30,467 nt of DNA from a virus (taxonomy: Duplodnaviria > Caudoviricetes): positions 1 through 30,467 of the IMG/VR virus record IMGVR_UViG_3300032318_002229; one strand, given 5' to 3'. The notes under the pieces are model-generated. The model did not search any database, was not told where the DNA came from, and worked only from the letters and a program-made list of their open reading frames with translations. Shown here in pieces: positions 15,827 to 25,546 of this stretch. The translations under genes were made by a program, and so were the position numbers. Position 1 is the stretch's first letter, and every line of letters starts with the position of its first letter.

Positions 15827-18661
15827 ATGAGCCAAGATATTAAAGAAATAATAAGACAAGAATACATTACTTGTGCAAATGATCCTTCTCATTTTATGCG
15901 TAAGTATTGTACTATACAACATCCTCAACGAGGAAGAATAAATTTTAATTTATATCCATTCCAAGATAAAGTATTATATTTATGGAGGGATAATCCATAT
16001 TCAATAGTACTGAAATCTCGACAATTAGGAATTTCTACATTGGCCGCTGGTTATGCTTTGTGGTTAATGTTATTCCATAAAGATAAAAACGTACTTTGTA
16101 TAGCAACCAAGCAAGAAACAGCCAAAAACATGGTAACTAAAGTTAAATTCATGTTTGAAAACTTACCTTCTTGGCTTAAAATAGGTTTTGAAGAAAACAA
16201 TAAATTAACTCTAAGATTAAGTAATGGTTCACAAATAAAGGCAACATCAGCCAATTCAGATGCAGGTCGTTCAGAAGCAGTATCTTTATTGATTGTGGAT
16301 GAGGCCGCTTTTATTGAAGGAATTAATGATATATGGGCTTCTGCTCAACAGACTTTAGCATGTATAGAAGAAAATAGTATTATTACTACACCGAACGGTC
16401 TGTATAGAATAAAAGATCTTATTTCAAATCCTGATGAGGGTTTTAATAATTTAAATATTTCTGTTTTTGATAGAAATAATGAAATCCAACAAACATCTCA
16501 TTTTTATAAATCCCCATTATCTATTACTTATAAAATTAGATTTAAAGATGGAAATTATATAATAACAACCAAAGAACACCCATTATTAAATGATAATGAA
16601 ACATGGATACAATCTCAAAATCTTAAAATAGGAGATAAAATAAAGTGTTATTATAATCATAATGTTTTTGGTAATCGAATTAACTATTCCGAATTTAAAT
16701 ATGATAGTTATAATTTAAAACCATGGTCCCTAAATAATATAGATATGGCTTATTTAATAGGGTTATGGGTTGCGGAGGGTTCATATAGAAAAAATGGTAT
16801 TAGTATAGCTAATGGGGATAAAGAAATAACTAATTGGTTAGAATCTATTGGATTTACTTATAGTGGAAGAGTTAATTATTCATTAAGTAGAGCATATGTT
16901 TATAATATGTTTAAAAACTTTATGAAACTCCCATCTGGAGCTTCTAATAAAAATGTACCATCTAAAATATTATCTTCTTCCAAAGAAGAACAAATAGCCT
17001 TCCTTCAGGGATGTTTTGATGGAGATGGTTCATCTCATTCTAAAGGAATATCATATTGTTCTATTTCTGAACAACTAGTTCATGATATTCATATAATGCT
17101 TCTTAATTTTGGAATAAAATCTACCATTAGAGAAGTTTTTTGGAAAAAAAATAAATTAGTATCAAATAATTCTTCTGGATATAGATTAGATATAAATAAA
17201 GAAAATAGTATTAAATTTTATAATATTATAGGATTTAGATTAAAAAGAAAACAAAATAATATAAATAAAATAAAAAATATAAAAAACTGGGGGGGGATTG
17301 ATATTAATATTGATAAAGAACTAATTATTAATTTAATTAAAAAAAGCAACCATTCTATATCAGGATGGAATAAAAAATATACTAATATCGAAGGATTTTT
17401 ATGGAGAAAAAATAAAAATTTATCTAAACAAGCTATTGAGGATTTACTTAAAAATACAGATACAACTCTTCCCGAATACAAAATATTATTAGATTCATAT
17501 AACTTATTAGAAAAAACATATTATAATGAAATAATTTCTATTGAAGAATATGAAAACATAATAACATATGATTTAAAAGTACCTATAAATACTTCTTTTT
17601 TAGCAAATAATTTAGTTAATCATAATACTGGTGGGGGAGCTATAGTCCTTTCAACACCTTTTGGTACAGGTAACTGGTTTCATAAAACATGGGTGGCTGC
17701 AGAATCTCAAGAAAATTATTTCTTACCAATTAAATTACCTTGGTATGTTCATCCAGAAAGAAATGAGGAATGGAGAAGAAAACAAGATGAATTACTAGGT
17801 GACCCAAGAATGGCAGCACAAGAATGTGATTGTGACTTCTCAACATCAGGGGATGTAGTGTTTTATCCAGAATGGATTGAATTTATTAAATCAACCACTA
17901 TTCAAGAGCCTGTTGAAAGAAGAGGTACTGACCAAAATTTATGGATATGGGAACCAGCAGATTATTCTAGAGAATATATGTTAATAGCTGATGTTGCTCG
18001 TGGAGATGGAAAAGACTTTTCAGCGGCCCATGTTATTGACATAGCAACAAACACCCAAGTAGCAGAATATAGAGGTCAACTACCTCCAAAAGAATTTGGA
18101 TATTTCCTAGTAGGTTTAGCATCAGAATACAATAATGCATTGTTGGTTGTGGAAAATGCTTCCATAGGTTGGTCTACTTTAGATGCTATATTTGAAAGAG
18201 GCTACAGAAATGTTTACCATTCCCCAAAATCAGATCAACTAACTGCTGAATCATATTTAAAGGTATGGGAAGGCTCATCTGATTTAACTCCTGGATTTAC
18301 TATGTCTTTAAGAACAAGACCATTAGTAATAAATAAATTTAGAGAATATGTGGGAGACCGCTCAGTAACAATACGTTCAAAACGATTATTGGAGGAAATG
18401 AAGGTATTTATTTGGAAAAATGGAAGACCAGAAGCCCAAACAGGATATAATGATGATTTATTAATGAGTTTTGGTATAGGAATGTATTTAAGAGATACTT
18501 CTTTAAAATTTCAACAGCAAAGCCTAGATTATTCTAGAGCTACTCTTGGAAATATGAAAAAAGTTTCATATAATGGTGGATACAATCCAAATCAAGTAAA
18601 AAATCCATATCAAATTGAAACAAAATATGGGACAGAAGATTTTAGTTGGATTTTAAAATAA
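15827..18661 (+). CDS. terL: Terminase large subunit, intein-containing
   Basis: LYPFQ, Walker A KSRQLGIST, Walker B LLIVDEAAF, LSTPFG, RNase H-like ADVARGDGKD..VVEN..NDDLLM. Confidence 0.95.
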   Translation: MSQDIKEIIRQEYITCANDPSHFMRKYCTIQHPQRGRINFNLYPFQDKVLYLWRDNPYSIVLKSRQLGISTLAAGYALWLMLFHKDKNVLCIATKQETAKNMVTKVKFMFENLPSWLKIGFEENNKLTLRLSNGSQIKATSANSDAGRSEAVSLLIVDEAAFIEGINDIWASAQQTLACIEENSIITTPNGLYRIKDLISNPDEGFNNLNISVFDRNNEIQQTSHFYKSPLSITYKIRFKDGNYIITTKEHPLLNDNETWIQSQNLKIGDKIKCYYNHNVFGNRINYSEFKYDSYNLKPWSLNNIDMAYLIGLWVAEGSYRKNGISIANGDKEITNWLESIGFTYSGRVNYSLSRAYVYNMFKNFMKLPSGASNKNVPSKILSSSKEEQIAFLQGCFDGDGSSHSKGISYCSISEQLVHDIHIMLLNFGIKSTIREVFWKKNKLVSNNSSGYRLDINKENSIKFYNIIGFRLKRKQNNINKIKNIKNWGGIDINIDKELIINLIKKSNHSISGWNKKYTNIEGFLWRKNKNLSKQAIEDLLKNTDTTLPEYKILLDSYNLLEKTYYNEIISIEEYENIITYDLKVPINTSFLANNLVNHNTGGGAIVLSTPFGTGNWFHKTWVAAESQENYFLPIKLPWYVHPERNEEWRRKQDELLGDPRMAAQECDCDFSTSGDVVFYPEWIEFIKSTTIQEPVERRGTDQNLWIWEPADYSREYMLIADVARGDGKDFSAAHVIDIATNTQVAEYRGQLPPKEFGYFLVGLASEYNNALLVVENASIGWSTLDAIFERGYRNVYHSPKSDQLTAESYLKVWEGSSDLTPGFTMSLRTRPLVINKFREYVGDRSVTIRSKRLLEEMKVFIWKNGRPEAQTGYNDDLLMSFGIGMYLRDTSLKFQQQSLDYSRATLGNMKKVSYNGGYNPNQVKNPYQIETKYGTEDFSWILK
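16361..17626 (+). mobile_element. Intein (422 aa) with LAGLIDADG homing endonuclease
   Basis: Begins CIEENSII, block B TKEHPLL, LIGLWVAEG and FLQGCFDGDG, ends YDLKV..LVNHN followed by Thr; removal restores QQTLA-TGGGAIVLST. Confidence 0.93.
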
Positions 18662-18665
18662 TTCA

Positions 18666-18674
18666 ATATTTATA
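18666..18674 (+). promoter_or_regulatory. ATATTTATA putative late promoter of the portal gene
   Basis: AATATTTATAACAAA, identical to the copy at 23345. Confidence 0.7.
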
Positions 18675-18683
18675 ACAAAACAA

Positions 18684-21600
18684 ATGGCAGATACCAAATT
18701 ATTTACTAGACTACAAAGATTATTTTCTACAGACGTTATCTTAAGAAATCAAGGTGGAAACCAACTTAAGGTAATGGATGTGGATTCTATACAAAGATCA
18801 GGAGACATAGCCACCAATTCTCTTGTAGACAGGTATAATAGATTATATTCACCAGCCACAACATCATTATTAGGTTCTCAATTAAATGTCAATTGGCAAT
18901 ATTTAAGAACCATGGTTTATTCAGACTATGATAATATGGATTATGATGCCATTGTAGCATCTGCCTTAGATATTATTTCTGATGAATCTACATTAAAAAA
19001 TGATTTAGGGGAAGTACTTCATATTAAATCAAGTGATGAAGATGTTCAACAAATTTTATATAATTTATTTTATGATGTATTAAATATTGAATTTAATTTA
19101 TGGTCTTGGATAAGGCAAATGTGTAAATATGGTGATTTTTTTCTTAAATTAGAAATTGCCGAAAAGTTTGGTGTATTTAATGTTATCCCATACACAGCTT
19201 ATCATATTGAAAGACAAGAAAATTATGACAAAGAACACCCCAATGCTGTAAGATTTAAATATTCACCTGAAGGTATATATGCTGGAGGTTCTGGATATTA
19301 TGGCTCCCCTAATATAGGAACATTCGATAACCAACCAGGTATATATTTTGATAATTATGAAATAGCTCACTTTAGATTATTAACAGATGTTAATTATTTA
19401 CCTTATGGTAGAAGTTATTTAGAACCAGCCCGCCGTATATTCAAACAATATGTGTTGATGGAGGATGCTATGTTAATTCATAGAATTTCCCGTTCACCAG
19501 ATAGACGTATTTTTTATATTAATGTAGGTTCTATACCTCCTAATGAAGTAGAAAACTTTATGCAGAAAACTATTTCTACAATGAAGCGCACTCCTTTAAT
19601 AGATAATCAAACAGGTGAATATAATTTAAAATATAATATGCAAAATCTATTGGAAGATTTTTATATTCCAATTAGAGGAAATGATACAACAACCAAAATT
19701 GAAACTACTCCTGGATTAGCTTATGATGGTATTCAAGATGTTACCTATCTAATAGATAAACTATTTGCTGCTCTTAAAGTACCTAAAGCATTTATGGGTT
19801 ATGAAAAGGATTTAACAGGAAAGTGCATAAGCCCTGATACTGAAATTCCGTTATTAGATGGAAGAACATTAACAGTAAAAGAATTAATAGATGAGTTTAA
19901 TGAAGGAATAAAAAATTATGTTTACTCATTAGATGAAACCACAAATAACATAGTACCAGGAGAAATTGAATGGGCAGGATTTACAAGACTAAACACTCAG
20001 GTTGTTAGAGTTTGGTTAGATAATGAAAAATATATTGACTGTACTCCTGACCATAAATTCCTAACCAGAGATGGAATGTGGAAGGAAGCCCAAGATTTAG
20101 TAGAAAATGAATCATTAATGCCTTTATACTTGAGAAAATCTACTCAAAATAAAATTAATGGATATAATGAAGTATATAATCCATCTACTGAAAAATATGA
20201 ATTTGTTCATAGATTAGTAGCTAATCATTTTAACTTAAAACAACCAGGAAAAGTAATACATCATAAAGATTGTAACAAACTAAACAACAACCCAGAAAAT
20301 TTAGATTGTAATATGAATTTCTGGGAACATAGACAATGGCATATAAATAATGCTATGTTATGCCATACTGAAGAAGCTAATTTGAAAAGAAAAGAAACAT
20401 GGTCAAAATTATCTCAAACCCCCAAATATAGGGAATCACAAAAAGAAACATGGAAAAATAATTCCAAAAATCTAGTAGACTGGATTAAAGAAAACGGAGC
20501 TTCTAGAAAAAACTTTAGAAAAAACCCTAAAGGAATATGTTCTGGATGTAAAGAAGAATTTGATAAAACATCACTATCTCCACAACAACAAAATAATATA
20601 TATTGTTCTAAAGAATGTAGAAATAAATTTTGGAAAGGTAAATCAAATAATATTAGTTTAAATGAATTAATAGATAAAGCTTCTTCTTGTAAAAATTTTA
20701 AAGAATTAATGAATGCTTTAGATATTAAAGATCACTCAACTCTTAATAAAATATTTAAAAAATATAATATAGTAAAAGAAGATTTTATAATAGAAAATAT
20801 GCCTCTATCTCATAGTAATGCATATTTTATGAATCAATTTCCAAAAACCAACAATTTCTATAATAAGGGAGAATATAAAAACCATAAAGTAATAAAAATT
20901 GAATGGTTAGAAACCAAAATAGATACATGTGATTTAACAATATCTAAATACCATAATTTTGGAACAGAAGCAGGAGTAATAATTCACAATAGTACTTTAG
21001 CAGCAGAAGATATTAGATTTGCTCGTACAATCGATAGAATTCAACGCATAACTTTATCAGAATTATATAAAATTGCTTTAGTACATTTATATTCTCAAGG
21101 ATATAAAGGAGAAGCATTAACTAATTTTGAATTAAGTTTAACTACTCCTTCCATTATTTATGACCAAGAAAAAATTGCCTTATTACAACAAAAGGTAGAT
21201 TTGGCCAAATCAATTATGGAATCTAAATTATTACCCACTGATTGGATTTATGATAATATTTTCCACTTTAGTGAAGATGAATATGATGAATATAGAGATT
21301 TAATTGTTGAAGACCAAAAACGCACATTCAGATATAAACAATTGGAGGAAGAAGGAAATGACCCAAAAATTACAGGTAAATCCTATGGTACACCACATGA
21401 TTTAGCATCTTTATATGGTAAAGGAAGAATGTATTCTGAACCAGATAATGTACCTGTTGGATATGGAAATGATTTAAATATGGGTCGTCCTAAAGAAAAA
21501 TCAACCAACAGAAATACTCAACAAAGTCCATTTGGTAAAGATAGATTAGGAAATAAAGGAATGAAAAAAGATGATAATGAATCTGATTCAATTAAGCCAC

Positions 21601-21725
21601 AATATAAAGGGAATTCTCCTTTAGCATTGGAAGCTAAACAAGTTTACCTAAAAAATAAAAGTTTAATTGAAAGTTTAGGTCAAAAAGGAGAAGATTTATT
21701 AAATGAAAATAAATTGAAAGAATAA
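18684..21725 (+). CDS. Portal protein (T4 gp20-like), intein-containing
   Basis: LMEDAMLIHRISRSPDRRIFYINVG, EDFYIP, LFAALKVPK, EDIRFAR are gp20-family motifs; follows the terminase. Confidence 0.92.
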   Translation: MADTKLFTRLQRLFSTDVILRNQGGNQLKVMDVDSIQRSGDIATNSLVDRYNRLYSPATTSLLGSQLNVNWQYLRTMVYSDYDNMDYDAIVASALDIISDESTLKNDLGEVLHIKSSDEDVQQILYNLFYDVLNIEFNLWSWIRQMCKYGDFFLKLEIAEKFGVFNVIPYTAYHIERQENYDKEHPNAVRFKYSPEGIYAGGSGYYGSPNIGTFDNQPGIYFDNYEIAHFRLLTDVNYLPYGRSYLEPARRIFKQYVLMEDAMLIHRISRSPDRRIFYINVGSIPPNEVENFMQKTISTMKRTPLIDNQTGEYNLKYNMQNLLEDFYIPIRGNDTTTKIETTPGLAYDGIQDVTYLIDKLFAALKVPKAFMGYEKDLTGKCISPDTEIPLLDGRTLTVKELIDEFNEGIKNYVYSLDETTNNIVPGEIEWAGFTRLNTQVVRVWLDNEKYIDCTPDHKFLTRDGMWKEAQDLVENESLMPLYLRKSTQNKINGYNEVYNPSTEKYEFVHRLVANHFNLKQPGKVIHHKDCNKLNNNPENLDCNMNFWEHRQWHINNAMLCHTEEANLKRKETWSKLSQTPKYRESQKETWKNNSKNLVDWIKENGASRKNFRKNPKGICSGCKEEFDKTSLSPQQQNNIYCSKECRNKFWKGKSNNISLNELIDKASSCKNFKELMNALDIKDHSTLNKIFKKYNIVKEDFIIENMPLSHSNAYFMNQFPKTNNFYNKGEYKNHKVIKIEWLETKIDTCDLTISKYHNFGTEAGVIIHNSTLAAEDIRFARTIDRIQRITLSELYKIALVHLYSQGYKGEALTNFELSLTTPSIIYDQEKIALLQQKVDLAKSIMESKLLPTDWIYDNIFHFSEDEYDEYRDLIVEDQKRTFRYKQLEEEGNDPKITGKSYGTPHDLASLYGKGRMYSEPDNVPVGYGNDLNMGRPKEKSTNRNTQQSPFGKDRLGNKGMKKDDNESDSIKPQYKGNSPLALEAKQVYLKNKSLIESLGQKGEDLLNENKLKE
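19824..20990 (+). mobile_element. Intein (389 aa) with HNH endonuclease and zinc finger
   Basis: Begins CISPDTEIPLLDG, block B CTPDHKF, HRLVA..IHHKDCNKLNNNPENL, CSGC..CSKEC, ends CDLTI..HNF..IIHN followed by Ser. Confidence 0.93.
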
Positions 21726-21756
21726 TCTTTTTTACATATTTATAACCAAATAATAC

Positions 21757-22620
21757 ATGAATATTCATCATTCAAAGTATAAAAATACTGGAATTCTTTT
21801 TGAGTTACTTGTTAGACAAATAACAGCTGATACTCTATCCGGTAAAGAATCTAAGGCAACTAACATTTTAAAAAAATATTTCTTTAAAACCGAATTAGGT
21901 AAGGAATATAAACTTTATGAGGCTTTAACTAAGCATAAAAACTTAACAGAAGGAAAAGCAGAAATAGTAATAAATTCTGTTGTTGAATCTTCCAAAAGTT
22001 TAAATAGAGGAGTTTTAAAAAGACAAAAATATAATTTAATTAAAGAAATTTCTGAACATTATAATTTAGAAAATTTTTTTAAAACAAAATTACCGCATTA
22101 CAAAACTTATGCTGCATTATATACACTTATAGAAATATATAACAGCGAAAATTTATCAACACCGGACCAAATAATATCCAATAAAATATCTATTTTAGAA
22201 AGTTTAACAACCAAATCAATAGATAAACAAAAAGTTGAAGATGAATTACTTAATGAATTTAAATCATATGATAAAGATTTACGTATTCTAACGTACAAAG
22301 TAATGTTAGAAAAATTCAATGGTAAATATGCATCATTAAATAACAATCAGAAATTAGTATTAAAAGAATTCATTAATTCAGTTGACTCAACCCCTAAATT
22401 AAGAGAATTTTATAATAATAAAATAGTTGAAATAAAAGAACAACTAAATACGTTATCTAAAAAAGTAGATGATAAATCTATTAAAATTAAACTTAATGAA
22501 ATTAACAAATCAATAAACCAATTAAATAAAACTTCAAAAATTGGAAATGATAATTTAGTTAATTTATTACAATACTATGAACTTTTAGAAGAATTAAATA
22601 GAATTCATGGCAAAGTTTAA
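21757..22620 (+). CDS. Helical head-module protein of unknown function
   Basis: 287 aa between portal and protease; has its own ATATTTATA motif. Confidence 0.7.
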   Translation: MNIHHSKYKNTGILFELLVRQITADTLSGKESKATNILKKYFFKTELGKEYKLYEALTKHKNLTEGKAEIVINSVVESSKSLNRGVLKRQKYNLIKEISEHYNLENFFKTKLPHYKTYAALYTLIEIYNSENLSTPDQIISNKISILESLTTKSIDKQKVEDELLNEFKSYDKDLRILTYKVMLEKFNGKYASLNNNQKLVLKEFINSVDSTPKLREFYNNKIVEIKEQLNTLSKKVDDKSIKIKLNEINKSINQLNKTSKIGNDNLVNLLQYYELLEELNRIHGKV

Positions 22621-23338
22621 ATATAAAATACCTGAGGCAAAAATAGGAGATATTAGTTCCAAAAAAGGTGTAAAAACTACTGTAACTAATATAGAACCAG
22701 ATACCGGAGCCATAACTTGGAAGGTTGAAGATACTCCTGATTTTGAAAGTGTTTTCAATGTTTTTAAAAAAACTAAAGATTTCCTGACTACTTTATCTAA
22801 AAACCCAACCACATCCTCTGATCCCGTAATACAATCAACACAAAAACAAATAACATCTTTATTTAATAAATTTCGTACACATTTTAGAAAAACATACCCT
22901 GAAGAATACTCAAAATTTACCAACATTATGGCAGAAATATCTTCAATAGGGTCAAATTCTGGCTTTGTTTCTGGGGGAGAAGGAGAAAATCATACAGGAC
23001 CTTCCCCAAGAAAATCAACATATGGGGCTTATACACAAGTTGGTTTTAAAAAAGTTCCTCAATACAAATACAAGTTAAAAGAAGACAATACAGATGTTGA
23101 AACATTTTTAAAAGATACAAGTATAAATAATCCTGCTAGAAAAAAATTCATAGCAAGCAGAATATTGGGATTTGATGAAATACAAAGAAAATTAAACCAA
23201 TTAATTCCTTTACTCCAACAAGCCAAACATAAAACTCTAGATTATTATAGACAAAATCCAGAATCATATAATGTAGTATATGGAACTGATTTAGCTAATG
23301 ATTATTTAAATGATTTATTAGAACTATTTAAAGACTAA
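22607..23338 (+). CDS. Modular head-module protein
   Basis: 243 aa; segments joined at MAE and LKE, with a Gly/Ser-rich middle part. Confidence 0.7.
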   Translation: MAKFKYKIPEAKIGDISSKKGVKTTVTNIEPDTGAITWKVEDTPDFESVFNVFKKTKDFLTTLSKNPTTSSDPVIQSTQKQITSLFNKFRTHFRKTYPEEYSKFTNIMAEISSIGSNSGFVSGGEGENHTGPSPRKSTYGAYTQVGFKKVPQYKYKLKEDNTDVETFLKDTSINNPARKKFIASRILGFDEIQRKLNQLIPLLQQAKHKTLDYYRQNPESYNVVYGTDLANDYLNDLLELFKD

Positions 23339-23358
23339 AAATTTAATATTTATAACAA

Positions 23359-24807
23359 ATGGAAAAAACTTTACAACAACAATATAATCTTATCAAAGAA
23401 GGAAAAATAAGCAAAGATGACTTTTTAAAAAGTGCTCGTCGTGTATTTCCTGAATATATTTCTCCTTTAACCAATTATGCTGATGCTGTTACTATTTTAA
23501 AAGGCAAAAGTATTTTATCTGAAAATATGGATGGTATTGTAACTGATAAAAAAGATTGGTTCAAAACATTTAAACAAAACCTTCAAGAGGCCGTTGGTGT
23601 TAAAGACAAAGAAGAGTATGGTGACCAAAACACTTTTAAAGCAAGTAAAGAAACCATAGAAACTCTTAAAAAAGCAAATTTTGATAATGCCAATCCTGAA
23701 AACATAGACAATGTTTATGGTCAATCCTTTTTATTAGGATTTTTGGCTGAAATGGATGATCCTAAAAATAAAAATAAAACAGTTGATGAAGTTAAAAAGA
23801 TTGTTGCAAAAAATATGGCTAAGGATATTAATTATTATTCCAAAAATGCTATGTTTAGTGTAAAAGGTATAAAAGGTCAACAACTGGAAAAGCCTAAAGA
23901 ACCAAAAGGTAAACATAAATCGAGTGGTTATGGTGATATGCCTAAAATAGTTAAAGAAAATAAAGAAACAAAACCAGTAGGTCCTATGGTTAAACCTGAA
24001 GAATTTCAAGTAGGAGATAAAGTTGAATATAAAGGAATGAATCATGAAATTACTCGTATAATTGATGATAGAATTTATATTAAAAGTTTAAAATATGGTG
24101 GAAGACCTGATACTTGGGTTAAAGCAGTTGACCTAAAAAAAATAGTTAAAGAATCCCAAGAGTCTCAATACAAAGTAGGAGATAAAGTTGAATTCAAAGA
24201 TGGAGAAGTTTGGGTAGTAGCAAAACCTGGAGTTAAAGGAAATAAGGTTTTTATGAAACCATCCAATGAAAAGGCCAAAGAAAATAACATAAGTATGGCC
24301 ATAGAGTTTACTTTTGATTACATAAAAAAGAATTCTAAATCATCTTTAAAAGAAAACCAAAGTAAATCATATATGATATCAAAATCAGGTTCTAAATCTA
24401 ATCCAACTTATGTCTTAGAAAAACCAGATGGTTCAGAACAATTAGATATGTTTTTTGATAGTGAACAAGACGCTAAAGAATATGCTAGAAAAAAAGGATT
24501 AAAAATAGTATCTTCAACAAAAGAATCTAAATTACGTTCTTTAATTAGTCAAATTATTAAAGAAGAATTAAATGAGATTTCTTGGGGTCCTAATGATGCT
24601 GACTTTAAAGAAGAAGAATGGAGAAATAGAAATATGGAAGGAGACTTTGAATATTTAGGAGATGCTACCGCAGAAGCACAAAGAATAAGCAGTAAAGAAG
24701 GTGTGGTTCAACATGTAATTGAATTGCCTGATGGTTCATATACAATATCTGATTGGTATGATAAATATAAAACTGTTGCTTCTTTTGAAAATGGAATTGA
24801 ATTATAA
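23359..24807 (+). CDS. Multi-module putative internal head protein with two SH3/KOW-like inserts
   Basis: Junctions LSE, LQE, VKE, VKE, LKE, LNE; two VGDKVE modules; KESKLRSLISQIIKEELNE helix. Confidence 0.75.
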   Translation: MEKTLQQQYNLIKEGKISKDDFLKSARRVFPEYISPLTNYADAVTILKGKSILSENMDGIVTDKKDWFKTFKQNLQEAVGVKDKEEYGDQNTFKASKETIETLKKANFDNANPENIDNVYGQSFLLGFLAEMDDPKNKNKTVDEVKKIVAKNMAKDINYYSKNAMFSVKGIKGQQLEKPKEPKGKHKSSGYGDMPKIVKENKETKPVGPMVKPEEFQVGDKVEYKGMNHEITRIIDDRIYIKSLKYGGRPDTWVKAVDLKKIVKESQESQYKVGDKVEFKDGEVWVVAKPGVKGNKVFMKPSNEKAKENNISMAIEFTFDYIKKNSKSSLKENQSKSYMISKSGSKSNPTYVLEKPDGSEQLDMFFDSEQDAKEYARKKGLKIVSSTKESKLRSLISQIIKEELNEISWGPNDADFKEEEWRNRNMEGDFEYLGDATAEAQRISSKEGVVQHVIELPDGSYTISDWYDKYKTVASFENGIEL

Positions 24808-24812
24808 ATAAC

Positions 24813-25448
24813 ATGAAACAACTATTAATAGAATCTCCTATATTATTTACTCCTTTATATCAAAACATAGTTGAGGCCATAGAAGGTTCAAACAATGGTA
24901 ATATTCTGTTAAGAAATGTTTTAGTAATTACTGCCGAAAACGAAAATGGAAACGGTAGAGTTTATCCTATAGAACTTTGGGAAAGAGAAGTAACAAAATT
25001 CCAACAAAAAATTAAACAAAGCACAACAGAATGTGTTGGCGAATTGGATCATCCTGATTCACAAATAATTAATTTAAGAAACGGTTCTCATATAATTAGA
25101 AAAATGGAATGGGAAGGCAAAAAAGTTTTAGCTGATATTGAAATTCTTTGTGACCAAGGCTCTAAAGGAAATGAAGCAGGAAGAATATTAGGTTCTTACC
25201 TAAGAAACAACCTAGCAATAGGTTTTAGTACTAGAGGAATGGGGTCTCTAAAACAAAAGGGAAATGTAATGGAAGTACAAGATGATTTTGATTTCCTTAC
25301 AATAGATGCTGTATCTAATCCTTCAAATCACGGTTCATGGGGAAGAATAAATGAATCTATCTCAAAACAAAACACCAATAAATACACTAAAATCAACTCC
25401 ATAATCACAGAAATACTTTGTGCTAATGGAACTTGTCCAATATTTTAA
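24813..25448 (+). CDS. Prohead core protease (T4 gp21-like)
   Basis: NGNGRVYP, GELDHP (His), GFSTRGMGS (Ser), DAVSNPS. Confidence 0.92.
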   Translation: MKQLLIESPILFTPLYQNIVEAIEGSNNGNILLRNVLVITAENENGNGRVYPIELWEREVTKFQQKIKQSTTECVGELDHPDSQIINLRNGSHIIRKMEWEGKKVLADIEILCDQGSKGNEAGRILGSYLRNNLAIGFSTRGMGSLKQKGNVMEVQDDFDFLTIDAVSNPSNHGSWGRINESISKQNTNKYTKINSIITEILCANGTCPIF

Positions 25449-25485
25449 AAAACTTAACCTCTCCTTGGATAGCTTCCTTGGACCG

Positions 25486-25516
25486 ACCCTTCTTCAAAAG
25501 AGAAGGGTTTCTTTTT
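25486..25516 (+). terminator. Intrinsic terminator
   Basis: ACCCTTCT-TCAAAAG-AGAAGGGT then TTCTTTTT. Confidence 0.7.
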
Positions 25517-25537
25517 GCGACTTTTCTAAAAATTTAC

Positions 25538-25546
25538 ATACGTATA
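25538..25546 (+). promoter_or_regulatory. ATACGTATA variant late promoter for scaffold and capsid genes
   Basis: tttacATACGTATA has the same flank as tttacATATTTATA at 21731; lies just after a terminator. Confidence 0.5.

Noticed and set aside
24803-24810. Forward T4 late consensus TATAAATA before the protease gene (also 30072)
   Set aside because: It includes the upstream stop codon, I noticed only two such copies near starts, and it is expected by chance in such AT-rich DNA.
25462-25482. TCCTTGGA direct repeat after the protease gene
   Set aside because: Only two 8-bp copies; no further support for an operator.
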